The translations under genes were made by a program, and so were the position numbers. From an uncultured Chloroflexia bacterium (GTDB taxonomy: Bacteria; Chloroflexota; Anaerolineae; CG2-30-64-16), in assembly GCA_963774265.1 (NCBI GenBank), contig CAVZDU010000001.1, positions 544,001 through 608,000 on the forward strand: a stretch of DNA of 64,000 bases. Direction: 5' to 3'. How positions within the stretch are numbered: the stretch's first letter is position 1; the number at the start of each line of letters is the position of its first letter. The notes under the pieces were generated by a model. The model had not been told where the DNA came from. It made no database searches and worked only from the letters and a program-made list of their open reading frames with translations. Below are positions 28,124 through 36,804 of this stretch, piece by piece.

Positions 28124-30958
28124 ATGGCAGACGGTGCGCCACCCTGGCGTGTGGTTCCCTACGAAGAGGCATCGCCGTTCAAAAAGGTGCGTGTGCGCGA
28201 TGAAGCGCGGGTGCGCACGGTCGTGCGGCGCCTGATGAACGACGAGTGTGTTGCTCTGTTGGGCCCACCGATGAGCGAAAAAAGCCGCTTGCTGCGCGAC
28301 GTGGCTGAAGAGCTGCTGCAAAGCGGTCGTTACCGGCCGCTGCACATAGACTTGTGGCGCACCCGGTCGAACGATGAGGCGGCTTTCTTCACAAGCCTGG
28401 CGGATCTGATTGCCAGTGAGCTGGGAGACGCCGCTCCGCGCGCTCCCGTGGAGTGTGGCGAAGCAATCGCAGACGCGCGTAGCTTCCAGGGTTATCTGGC
28501 GCAGGCCGCGAATAGCAGCAATACGAACATCGCTCTGCTGATCGATCACCTGCAAGCGTTGCCTCATGATCTCGTGCACAGCTTGCTCGTCGCGCTGCGT
28601 GCCGCGTACATGGAGCGCGAGGCAGATGCGCCGCACAGCCTGGTCGCGGTGGTCGCTGGCGGCATGAACCTGGTAGGTCTCTCCACCGGCCCTACCTCGC
28701 CGTTCAACATCGCGAAACCCGTGGTCGCCGAGCCCTTGACGGTGGAGCAAAGCCGCGCGCTTGCGGCGGCATCGCTGGAGGCCCTAGAGTGTTCGGCATC
28801 GGCACGCGGCATGGAGCGTCTCGTCCAATGGGGTGCAGGCGACCGCTACCTGATCACGCGACTGTGTGCGGATAGCTCAGAATTGGTCCGGCTGCACCGC
28901 CATCGCCGGGTGACGTCGGCGATTGTGGAGCGGGCCGGCGCGGCGCTTGTCGCGCACGGATCGCCGCCGCCGGTGCGCGCTGCCATCCGCATGATCGAGG
29001 AGGACCCGGACACTGTTTTGGATGTCCTCCACCTGTTGGATAATGACTCGTTGCCGCGTACACGCTCGCGCCAGGCGCCCACTCGCACCGGCACGGATCG
29101 CCTGCAGCTTTCCGGAGCTGTCATCCTGGCCGACGGATGTTACATGTTCATGAACGAGGTCTACCGGAGGGCCTTGGCCGCGCATTTCACAACGGATCGG
29201 GTTGGTCACGTGTTGCGGATTGCCGGACGTTGGAGCGAGGCGATTGCCTATCTGGCGCCGCGGCGCGCCCAGTTGGCCCGCCCCCAGCTTCTTGAAGCCA
29301 TCGTTCAGTCGATTTATGCAAGTGACTCGTCAGAGCAGGCGTATGGGTTGCTGGCCGACGGTCTGCGCTTTGGTTTCGGCCTGGCCGACATTGGCATCTA
29401 CCGCGCGCATCCCGCCGCGGCGCTGCTGCAACAGGTCTACCCGGCGGCCAGCAACGGACAGCCGGTGCATGTTGACCTGCGCGATCCCGGCTGCGTCGAA
29501 GCCCAGACGTTCAACTTGGGTAACTATGCCCTGCGGGGCAGCGCAGACGAGGCGCGCCTGGTGGTTTGCCTTGCCTCCACCGTTCGATCGCTCGGCGTGG
29601 TAACTGTTGAGCACTACGTGCAGGACCGCGATCCTCACGAGCTTCCCGACGAACTGCCGGACCTGCTGCGTTTTCTGCAGCATGCAGCGGGTGCGCTGGA
29701 AAACGTGATCACCCGTGGGGCCTACCGCGCCATCGGACAGGCCGTCCTCGATGCCAAGGCCATGCAGCCAACCGTCGAGCGTGTTCTTGACACGGTTGCT
29801 GAGGCGCTAGGGTGCGACTACGGCGTGTTGTACCTGACGGATGATGCGCGCCGCCAGCTTGATATGGCAGCCGGCGTCGGCACAGTGGTCACCCAGGAAT
29901 GGCAGGCGCAAGCGCACTTTCCCCTGAACGGCCAGCATCCTGCTGTCACTGCACTGACAGGCGCCCGGATGATCACCGCGCGCGGCGGCGAGGATGCGCA
30001 GGACCGTGCTTTATTCGATCGTTTTGGCCTCCATCGCTACGTGCGCGTGTTTTTGCCTCTGGCGGCCGGGGGTGAACAGCTCGGCGTCTTGGAGCTCGGC
30101 TACGCGGTCGGGCGCGCGCGCCTCTCTGACGAGCACAAACGGACCCTCTCGGCCTTTGCCGATCAGGTGGCCATTGCCGTACACAACATGCTGCTGCTGC
30201 GGCGGACGGATGAGGCATTAGCCCGGAAGCTGGCAGAGCTGTCGGTTGGACGAGAAATTCAATTGAGCTTGCTGCCGAAAGCGTGTCCCACGATCCCCGG
30301 TTGGCAATTTGAGGCTGTCTATCAGGCCGCGCGTACGGTCGGAGGTGACTTCTACGATTTCTGTGATCTGCCCGGCCCACCCGCCCGCCTTGGCGTTGTG
30401 ATCGCTGACGTGGCCGATAAGGGTGTGCCTGCTGCGTTGTTCATGGCATTAAGCAGGACAATCATTCGCAGCGTAGCTTTTACCGGCCGAGGTCCTGCGT
30501 CCGCGCTCATGCGCGCAAACCAACTGATTCTGGCCGACAGTCAGTCCGATTTGTTCTTGAGCGCGGTATACCTGGTGATCGAAACCGGCACGGGTCGTGT
30601 TTCTTACACCAACGCGGGTCACACCCGGCCGCTGCTTTACCGTGCGGCGAGCGGCGTGCTGAGCGAACTGACCCAGCGCGGCATCATCTTGGGTACGTTT
30701 GAGGAGATCACGTTGCGGGATGACCGCGTGGATCTTGCGCCAGGCGATGTGTTGGTGCTCTACACCGATGGGGTCACCGACGCGCTCAACGCTGACGGTG
30801 AGGAGTTCGGCGAGCAACGCTTGTTCGATGTGATAACGGCACACGCCAGGGGCAGCGCGCAGGAGATCCTGTGGGCGATCACCGGTGCGCTGGCGGGTTT
30901 CATCGACGGCACGGAGCCGGCTGACGACGTGACGTGTGTCGTTATCAAGCGCGGTTAA
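28124..30958 (+). CDS. Degenerate STAND/AAA domain + GAF domains + SpoIIE/PP2C phosphatase
   Basis: Degenerate Walker A GPPMSEKS and Walker B LLIDHL; GAF (PL...GEQLGVLEL...FADQVAIAVHN); PP2C GGDFYD, IADVADKG, NAGH, YTDGVTD, DDVT. Confidence 0.85.
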   Translation: MADGAPPWRVVPYEEASPFKKVRVRDEARVRTVVRRLMNDECVALLGPPMSEKSRLLRDVAEELLQSGRYRPLHIDLWRTRSNDEAAFFTSLADLIASELGDAAPRAPVECGEAIADARSFQGYLAQAANSSNTNIALLIDHLQALPHDLVHSLLVALRAAYMEREADAPHSLVAVVAGGMNLVGLSTGPTSPFNIAKPVVAEPLTVEQSRALAAASLEALECSASARGMERLVQWGAGDRYLITRLCADSSELVRLHRHRRVTSAIVERAGAALVAHGSPPPVRAAIRMIEEDPDTVLDVLHLLDNDSLPRTRSRQAPTRTGTDRLQLSGAVILADGCYMFMNEVYRRALAAHFTTDRVGHVLRIAGRWSEAIAYLAPRRAQLARPQLLEAIVQSIYASDSSEQAYGLLADGLRFGFGLADIGIYRAHPAAALLQQVYPAASNGQPVHVDLRDPGCVEAQTFNLGNYALRGSADEARLVVCLASTVRSLGVVTVEHYVQDRDPHELPDELPDLLRFLQHAAGALENVITRGAYRAIGQAVLDAKAMQPTVERVLDTVAEALGCDYGVLYLTDDARRQLDMAAGVGTVVTQEWQAQAHFPLNGQHPAVTALTGARMITARGGEDAQDRALFDRFGLHRYVRVFLPLAAGGEQLGVLELGYAVGRARLSDEHKRTLSAFADQVAIAVHNMLLLRRTDEALARKLAELSVGREIQLSLLPKACPTIPGWQFEAVYQAARTVGGDFYDFCDLPGPPARLGVVIADVADKGVPAALFMALSRTIIRSVAFTGRGPASALMRANQLILADSQSDLFLSAVYLVIETGTGRVSYTNAGHTRPLLYRAASGVLSELTQRGIILGTFEEITLRDDRVDLAPGDVLVLYTDGVTDALNADGEEFGEQRLFDVITAHARGSAQEILWAITGALAGFIDGTEPADDVTCVVIKRG

Positions 30959-30985
30959 TCAAGCGCGGCTAATCAAGCGCGGTTA
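30944..30985. repeat. 3 x 14-bp tandem repeat ATCAAGCGCGG(T/C)TA at a convergent gene junction
   Basis: Units at 30944, 30958 and 30972. Confidence 0.9.
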
Positions 30986-33457
30986 GGGATCGAGTCGCGC
31001 ACCTGTCACCGGCAGAAAGGCCGGTCCATTGACCACATCCGACCGGAACCGCGGAATGATCTGGTAGCCGCTGTCGGTCGTTTTCTCCCCAACATACTGT
31101 CCCAACACGCCTTGCGCCGCCCATGTCTCCCCGATGTTGACATACGGCCGGCGCCAGGACAGGCTCTCCGGGAAGTAGATGCGAATTATCCCGCCCCTGT
31201 CCTTGAGCACCAGCGCCTGGGGCTCGAATTTGATGACGGCCCCAACCACCTGCACGAGATGCCCTTCGTTGGCCTCAATGAGTCCAGCCGAGGTCACTGG
31301 CGCCGGAGTGATCGCTTTGCCGGGTCCAAGATAGGTCAGGTAGCTTGGGTCCGGGACAGACAATTCGGTCTCACCGTAGAAATTGCGCGTCCAACCAGTG
31401 ACCCGCACCTGGTCGCCCAGAGCCAGCTTGCCATACTCGCCCGATCGCAAGTAGATCTTGATGCCCCCCGTCGCGTCCTCCAAGTAGATCGTCTTCGGGA
31501 TGAGCCCCGGCGGAAACGTGACACTGCCGGTGATGGTTGCGCGCGTATCCTCGGGGGCCGCGCGTGCCGCGGCGACTGTTTGAGGGACTGTCGCAGTGGG
31601 GGCGACGTAACTCGTTCCGGATGACGGCGGCGATGACGGCCGCAGCCGGTTCGCTGCTCCAGGCGTAACCTCACAGTCGCCCGTCCATTCCCCTGTCCCG
31701 TCCCCGTCGCGGCAGTAGCTGCGATCATCACCGGGACCACCATTGTAGGTGAATTGGTCCGCCAGCGCCCCGTCGCTCCGCGTCAAGGTGATGGTGTCGC
31801 GCCAATCCCCAAGCGAAAGGCGAGTTTGCGCCCGATACAACAGCAGGAAGCTATGCGGCCAGATGACTGTGCCCGCGGGGAGCCTGTACGTACTGGTATC
31901 ATCCGAGATCGTCCAGCCATCCAGCGCCGCAGGCGATGGCGCGGCGTTATACAGTTCGATCCATTCATCCGCAAAAGTGGCCTCCCCATCGTTGTCCCAG
32001 TCCACCTGTTTGGGATCGGGCAAAACCTCGTTCAGTGTCACTTGGAACGGCTGCTGGGGCAGGGGCGTCGGCGTCGCGGTCGTGGTCGGTGTGGCGGTTT
32101 GTGTGGGGGTGGTAAGTGTTCCCAGGGTCGGCGTCGCGGTGGGAGTCTGTGTTGGCGTAGGCGTAGCTGCGACCGCAGGCGCCCCAGGGTTGGGCGCTGC
32201 CTGCACTTGCCAATCCAGCGCCGTGTCGCTATCAGCAACACCGTCGATTCGGGCGAGGGACTGTCCCGGATCGACGCCGCTACAGGGCGGGTCGAAGACG
32301 TCCTTGTTCGTCCCGTAGCTCATGGCATCGACCACGCTGTTATCGGGTGCCAGGAGCTGGACTGCATCCCCGCTGTTACCAAGTCCGTTTCCGATTGTTC
32401 CTTTCAGGCCGATCAGCTTGCCGGAGAAGGTGGGATGCTCCGCAGTGAACATGGCCGACCTCGCCGCGATCACCGCGAATTCTCCCGGGGCTAACTCGAA
32501 CGACGGCAATTCATCCTGTCCGGCGTTATCCTTGATCCACCAACCCACCAGGGCCACCTTAACTATTGTCGGGTTGTGAACCTCGACCCATTCGTAATCA
32601 TTATCCGTTCCTTCTTGCAGCGCATCGTAAAGCACTTCGGAAAGCAGCAGCCTTGGCCACCCCCCCGGGGGCGTCACCGAGACGGTCGGGGTCGGTGTTG
32701 CGGTGAGTGTGGCCGTGGCTGTGACAGTGGGCGTCAGCGTGGCGGTCGGGGTGGTGGTCGCCTGTTCGGTTGGCGTAGGGGTGAGCGTGTCGCCGGCGGT
32801 GACCGTTGACGAAGGCGTCGTCGTGGGCTCGCTGCTGGGAGTGAGGGTCGGTGTGAAGGTGGAGGTGGGTGTGTCGGTGGCTGGTGGTGGTGCGGATGCT
32901 CCCCCCGGCGTGGGCGTCCCCGTCACCCAATCGCCCGCGCTGTCACTATCCGCATCCGGCGGCTGGCGCGCCAGAGACTGGCCTTCATTCACATCCGGGC
33001 AAGGCGGATTGAAGGCGCTGGAATCGGAGCCATAGCTTACTGCATCAATCGTCCCTCCGCCTCCATCCACCAGGGAGAGGACATCGCCCGAGTTGCTTAA
33101 TCCGTTGCCGATCGGCCCATCGAGCGACACAAGGGCGCCGGTGAAGCCGGGGTTTGCACCCCGAAAGTCACCCTCATTGCTGGCGATAACCAGATACTGG
33201 CCGGGTCCGATGGTGGGTGCTGGCAACGGGTCGGTGCTCGTGTTGTCCCTTATCGTCCAACCGGTCAGGTCAACCGCGTTGGACGTTGGGTTGTACAACT
33301 CGACCCACTCCGCCCCCGGCTCACTCGCGGCCGGGTCGTAGAGCACTTCACTGATGAGCGGGTGGTCGGCGGCGGTCCCTTGAGTCGTGGCGGGGGCCAG
33401 GAACAAGGAGCAGAACAAGATCAGGGCAAGGGAAGCGTACAGGCAGCGATGCGGCAT
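30983..33457 (-). CDS. Secreted protein with three lamin-tail domains, Pro/Thr linkers and C-terminal OB folds
   Basis: Signal peptide, three copies of (I/L)(S/N)EV...EW(V/I)E..N...L.GW.I.D, OB-like ITGSVT...YLEDATGGIKIY, and terminal LPVTG. Confidence 0.8.
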   Translation of the reverse strand: MPHRCLYASLALILFCSLFLAPATTQGTAADHPLISEVLYDPAASEPGAEWVELYNPTSNAVDLTGWTIRDNTSTDPLPAPTIGPGQYLVIASNEGDFRGANPGFTGALVSLDGPIGNGLSNSGDVLSLVDGGGGTIDAVSYGSDSSAFNPPCPDVNEGQSLARQPPDADSDSAGDWVTGTPTPGGASAPPPATDTPTSTFTPTLTPSSEPTTTPSSTVTAGDTLTPTPTEQATTTPTATLTPTVTATATLTATPTPTVSVTPPGGWPRLLLSEVLYDALQEGTDNDYEWVEVHNPTIVKVALVGWWIKDNAGQDELPSFELAPGEFAVIAARSAMFTAEHPTFSGKLIGLKGTIGNGLGNSGDAVQLLAPDNSVVDAMSYGTNKDVFDPPCSGVDPGQSLARIDGVADSDTALDWQVQAAPNPGAPAVAATPTPTQTPTATPTLGTLTTPTQTATPTTTATPTPLPQQPFQVTLNEVLPDPKQVDWDNDGEATFADEWIELYNAAPSPAALDGWTISDDTSTYRLPAGTVIWPHSFLLLYRAQTRLSLGDWRDTITLTRSDGALADQFTYNGGPGDDRSYCRDGDGTGEWTGDCEVTPGAANRLRPSSPPSSGTSYVAPTATVPQTVAAARAAPEDTRATITGSVTFPPGLIPKTIYLEDATGGIKIYLRSGEYGKLALGDQVRVTGWTRNFYGETELSVPDPSYLTYLGPGKAITPAPVTSAGLIEANEGHLVQVVGAVIKFEPQALVLKDRGGIIRIYFPESLSWRRPYVNIGETWAAQGVLGQYVGEKTTDSGYQIIPRFRSDVVNGPAFLPVTGARLDP

Positions 33458-33563
33458 GATGTCCACCTTTTGTGTTGGCGTCGTTGGCGCAGCGAGAGAA
33501 GGAGTCATGCTTCCGAGGTGATTATATGACTGTGAAAACCAACCTGTCAACTGGGGAAGTGAC

Positions 33564-33599
33564 AAAAAACTCGCCGTCTCCTGACGAGTGACGGCGAGT
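33564..33599 (-). terminator. Intrinsic terminator of rpoD
   Basis: ACTCGCCGTC...GACGGCGAGT stem followed by a T-run on the minus strand. Confidence 0.8.
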
Positions 33600-33628
33600 C
33601 CGTACCAGTGCTCTATTAGCGAATTGAC

Positions 33629-34855
33629 TCAGGTCAGATAATCGCGTAATTTCCGGCTGCGGCTGGGGTGACGAAGCCGGCCCAGCGCCTGCGCCTCGAT
33701 CTGCCGGATGCGCTCGCGCGTCACGCCGAATTTCTTGCCCACCTCTTCGAGTGTGTATGAGTACCCATCCACCAGGCCAAAGCGAAGCTGCAGGATGCGC
33801 ACCTCACGCGGGGTCAACGACTCGAAGATTTCGTCGATGACCTGTCGCAGCATGGTCTGAGAGGCCGAGTCGGTCGGGCTTTCGGCCTCCTCATCCTCGA
33901 TGAAATCGCCCAGGTAGCTGTCCTCTTCCTCGCCTACCGGCATCTCCAGCGACAGCGGCCGCTGTGAGACGCGAATGATCTGCTCCACCTTACGCGGCGG
34001 AACGCCCAGGCGCTCGGCGATTTCCTCGGTCGTCGGGTCGCGACCCAACTCCTGCACCAACTGCCGGCTGGTGCGCGTCAGCCGGTTGATCTGTTCGTAC
34101 ATGTGCACGGGCACGCGGATGGTGCGCCCCTGATCTGCGATGGCGCGTGTCACAGCCTGGCGAATCCACCACGTCGCATAGGTGCTGAACTTATAGCCGC
34201 GGCGATAGTCGAATTTCTTTACAGCGCGGATCAGACCGATGTTGCCTTCCTGGATGAGGTCCAGGAACGGCACACCCCGACCCACGTACTTCTTGGCGAC
34301 GCTGACGACGAGACGGGAGTTGGCCTTGATCAGGTGCTCCTGTGCTGCCTGGCCATCCCGCACGGCGAGCAATAGCTTATCGCGCTCGTCCGGATCCTCG
34401 ACACCCAGGGTCAGCTTCTGCCGGGCTTCGCGCCCGTGCTCCATCCGCTTGGCGAGACTGACCTCTTCATCGGCGGTCAGAAGCGGGACCCGTCCGATCT
34501 CCTTCAGGTACAGGCTGATCGAATCGTCAATGTCGATCAGGTCCAGGTCGATATCCAACTCTGCTGGCTCAGCTCGTTCGTCTTCAGCCGCCTCGTTGTC
34601 GTCTCCTTCACGAAAAGCACTGACCTCGATGCCCTGTTCAAATAAGTTGGCGAACAGGTCTTCGAGTTGCTCCATATTGGTTTCGGCTTCTGGGAAGGCA
34701 TTCAGGACATCATCGTAAGTCACAAAGCCTTGGTCGCGCCCCAGGGTGAACAGTTGCGCGGTCGCTTCTTTGGACTTGCTTGGGCTGTCGTCCTGACCCT
34801 CCCCATCGACTTCGGGTTGGTGTTCTAGCTCGTCATCTAGTGCGCCCATCAGCAC
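33629..34855 (-). CDS. rpoD: Primary sigma factor RpoD/SigA
   Basis: Region 1.1, [43 protein letters not shown] and [18 protein letters not shown]. Confidence 0.97.
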   Translation of the reverse strand: MLMGALDDELEHQPEVDGEGQDDSPSKSKEATAQLFTLGRDQGFVTYDDVLNAFPEAETNMEQLEDLFANLFEQGIEVSAFREGDDNEAAEDERAEPAELDIDLDLIDIDDSISLYLKEIGRVPLLTADEEVSLAKRMEHGREARQKLTLGVEDPDERDKLLLAVRDGQAAQEHLIKANSRLVVSVAKKYVGRGVPFLDLIQEGNIGLIRAVKKFDYRRGYKFSTYATWWIRQAVTRAIADQGRTIRVPVHMYEQINRLTRTSRQLVQELGRDPTTEEIAERLGVPPRKVEQIIRVSQRPLSLEMPVGEEEDSYLGDFIEDEEAESPTDSASQTMLRQVIDEIFESLTPREVRILQLRFGLVDGYSYTLEEVGKKFGVTRERIRQIEAQALGRLRHPSRSRKLRDYLT

Positions 34856-35747
34856 ACTCCTTCACCGGACTCTTAAAGTCGTAAATTCCGTCGTCAATGG
34901 CCCACACCGCGTCACAGTGTGCACATCTTAACGTGTTATGCTCGGCACTTAGTTCCGTTGCGGTGCAGGCCGGGCAGCGGAATGGACTGCCAATAGTGGT
35001 CGGCCCGTTCCCCAGCCGCGTCGTACGGAGAAATAGACTGGGCGATAATTTCCAGGCAGCGCTGATCTTTTGAATGCTCCCGTCAAGCGATGCCAGGACC
35101 GTTGGGGGAACGAGTCGCTTCAGGGACCCCGAGCGAAAATGTGAGACCGCGCGCCCGGCTTCAAGTCTAAAACCTGCGCTGCGCAACTGCTCCTTCATCC
35201 AGTCAGGATGAAAATCGAAATTAAGACTGGCGAACTCGTAGGGATCCGAGGTGAAAGGTGACCAACTTTGCCGGCGGAGCAAGTAGCGCCCGATGGCCTT
35301 TATGTTGCGTTTGTTGGCATATTCAAGGATGTAGGCGCCCCGCGGTTGAAGCGTCTCTGCTATACCTCGTAAGGCGGCGGCGACGTCAACCAGGTGATGC
35401 AACACCCGGACGGTTACGGCGGCATCGCAGGCGCCGGGAGCCAGGGGAAGATGGTAGATATCAGCCGCAACGTAGATAAACCGCCCGGATCGTCCGAGCC
35501 GTTCCTGCGCTTCGCGGAGGCCTGACTTGGCATAATCGAGCAGAATCACTTGATCGTAACCGCTGTAGAGGTCGGTCAGCCGGCCAAATCCGGCGCCAAA
35601 TTCGACAATACGACGACCCTTCGCCGGCAACAGGTGGCGTAGTGCGATGCGCTCAGCCAGGTCTTCATATTCGCGTCCCTGGCCTTCCCAAAATCGGGCT
35701 CGATAGCTCGTGCCCTCATAGTCACAGATCGTGTAATCTCGCTCCAA
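34833..35747 (-). CDS. Class I SAM-dependent methyltransferase with C-terminal Zn-ribbon (start uncertain)
   Basis: [22 protein letters not shown] and C-terminal CPAC...CAHC. Confidence 0.8.
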   Translation of the reverse strand: MERDYTICDYEGTSYRARFWEGQGREYEDLAERIALRHLLPAKGRRIVEFGAGFGRLTDLYSGYDQVILLDYAKSGLREAQERLGRSGRFIYVAADIYHLPLAPGACDAAVTVRVLHHLVDVAAALRGIAETLQPRGAYILEYANKRNIKAIGRYLLRRQSWSPFTSDPYEFASLNFDFHPDWMKEQLRSAGFRLEAGRAVSHFRSGSLKRLVPPTVLASLDGSIQKISAAWKLSPSLFLRTTRLGNGPTTIGSPFRCPACTATELSAEHNTLRCAHCDAVWAIDDGIYDFKSPVKECADGRTR

Positions 35748-35768
35748 ATCGCTTCGCCGCCCCTCTAC

Positions 35769-35784
35769 TGTTTCACGTGAAACA
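35769..35784. promoter_or_regulatory. parS: parS centromere-like site (ParB binding)
   Basis: Perfect 16-bp palindrome TGTTTCACGTGAAACA, identical to the widespread bacterial parS consensus. Confidence 0.88.
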
Positions 35785-35829
35785 TCTTGCCGCCGCCAGC
35801 GCAGGATCACGGAAACTATCATCCCATAA

Positions 35830-35865
35830 TTAACAAGAATGGGCGGTGGCTAACCCACCGCCCAT
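35830..35865 (-). terminator. Intrinsic terminator downstream of infA
   Basis: 11-bp stem ATGGGCGGTGG/CCACCGCCCAT followed by TCTTGTTAATT on the minus strand. Confidence 0.6.
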
Positions 35866-35992
35866 GTCGGCTTGCGCTTCTGCGACATAATTATAGCACG
35901 CTCTGTCAATCCCTGGCGTGGTATGGATGATAAACATGCCAAATAATGCGCCAGCTTATGATCAGATGGCGCGTGGGGCTATCTGACTCCTG

Positions 35993-36232
35993 TTACAGCG
36001 GGCCGCTCGGATTGCGATGGCGATACACGATCCGGCCTTTGGTCAGATCGTAGGGCGAAAGCTCGACGCGCACCCGGTCACCCAGCAATACGCGAATGTA
36101 GTACTTCCGCATCTTGCCAGACAGATACGCCAGAACTTCGGGTCCATTTTCGAGCTTGATCCGGAATGTTGTGTTCGGCAGAGCCTCCACAACCTTTCCA
36201 TCCAGGGTCAGCTTCTCCTCTTTGTTTGTCAT
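35993..36232 (-). CDS. infA: Translation initiation factor IF-1
   Basis: [49 protein letters not shown]. Confidence 0.97.
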   Translation of the reverse strand: MTNKEEKLTLDGKVVEALPNTTFRIKLENGPEVLAYLSGKMRKYYIRVLLGDRVRVELSPYDLTKGRIVYRHRNPSGPL

Positions 36233-36308
36233 GCCTTGTCACCTTCTGATCGGGCCACCAACCGGGCTAGGTCAGTGGCCCACACCTATGGCGTGCGGAG
36301 GAGCAGGC

Positions 36309-36521
36309 CTAGCGCATGCTCTCGCGACCCTCGCGGCGCCGCTGCGCCTGCCGCGCCTTACGGATCGCCTTCTGCTTCTTTAGACGCCGCAATTCGCTCG
36401 GCGGCGTGAACCAGCGCTTCTTGCGGACGGTAGGCAGGATGCGCTCCTTCATCACTTCCTTGCGGAAGCGTTTGAGCAGCGACTCCTGGGACTCCCCGGT
36501 TCGCAATGTCACGGTTGCCAT
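36309..36521 (-). CDS. rpsU: 30S ribosomal protein S21
   Basis: V.LR.GESQESLLKRFRK.V...IL...RKKRWF.PPSE.RR.KK. Confidence 0.88.
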   Translation of the reverse strand: MATVTLRTGESQESLLKRFRKEVMKERILPTVRKKRWFTPPSELRRLKKQKAIRKARQAQRRREGRESMR

Positions 36522-36566
36522 GCACTCACCCCCTTCCCCGCCAGGTCTTCCAACACCAGTCACCTT

Positions 36567-36743
36567 AACAATAAAACCTCACCTTGCGGTGAGGCCCCTC
36601 GCTTGCCTGTTACAGAACCGATCACGCTGCTACATCCGCCGTCAGCCTTCCGTTCAGAAACTGACTCGTTCGCGCCGTGTGTTACGTTTCCTTCTTTCAG
36701 GCCATCCGCGCTCCTGCCAGGGACACGTGTGGGATATTGGGCC
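36567..36743 (-). ncRNA. Candidate structured leader or ncRNA (~175 nt) ending in an intrinsic terminator upstream of rpsU
   Basis: Lies between a consensus promoter and CCTCACC-GCAA-GGTGAGG-TTTTATTGTT, with internal long-range pairing. Family not recognised. Confidence 0.45.
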
Positions 36744-36747
36744 GACC

Positions 36748-36778
36748 GCAGTATAGCGTATACTGCAGGTGGTGTCAA
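36748..36778 (-). promoter_or_regulatory. Sigma70 promoter with 8-bp inverted repeat over the -10
   Basis: TTGACA-17-TATACT on the minus strand; GCAGTATA-GCG-TATACTGC palindrome at 36748-36766. Confidence 0.72.
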
Positions 36779-36804
36779 AAACAGCACGGAATCCCGCTGC
36801 CAGG

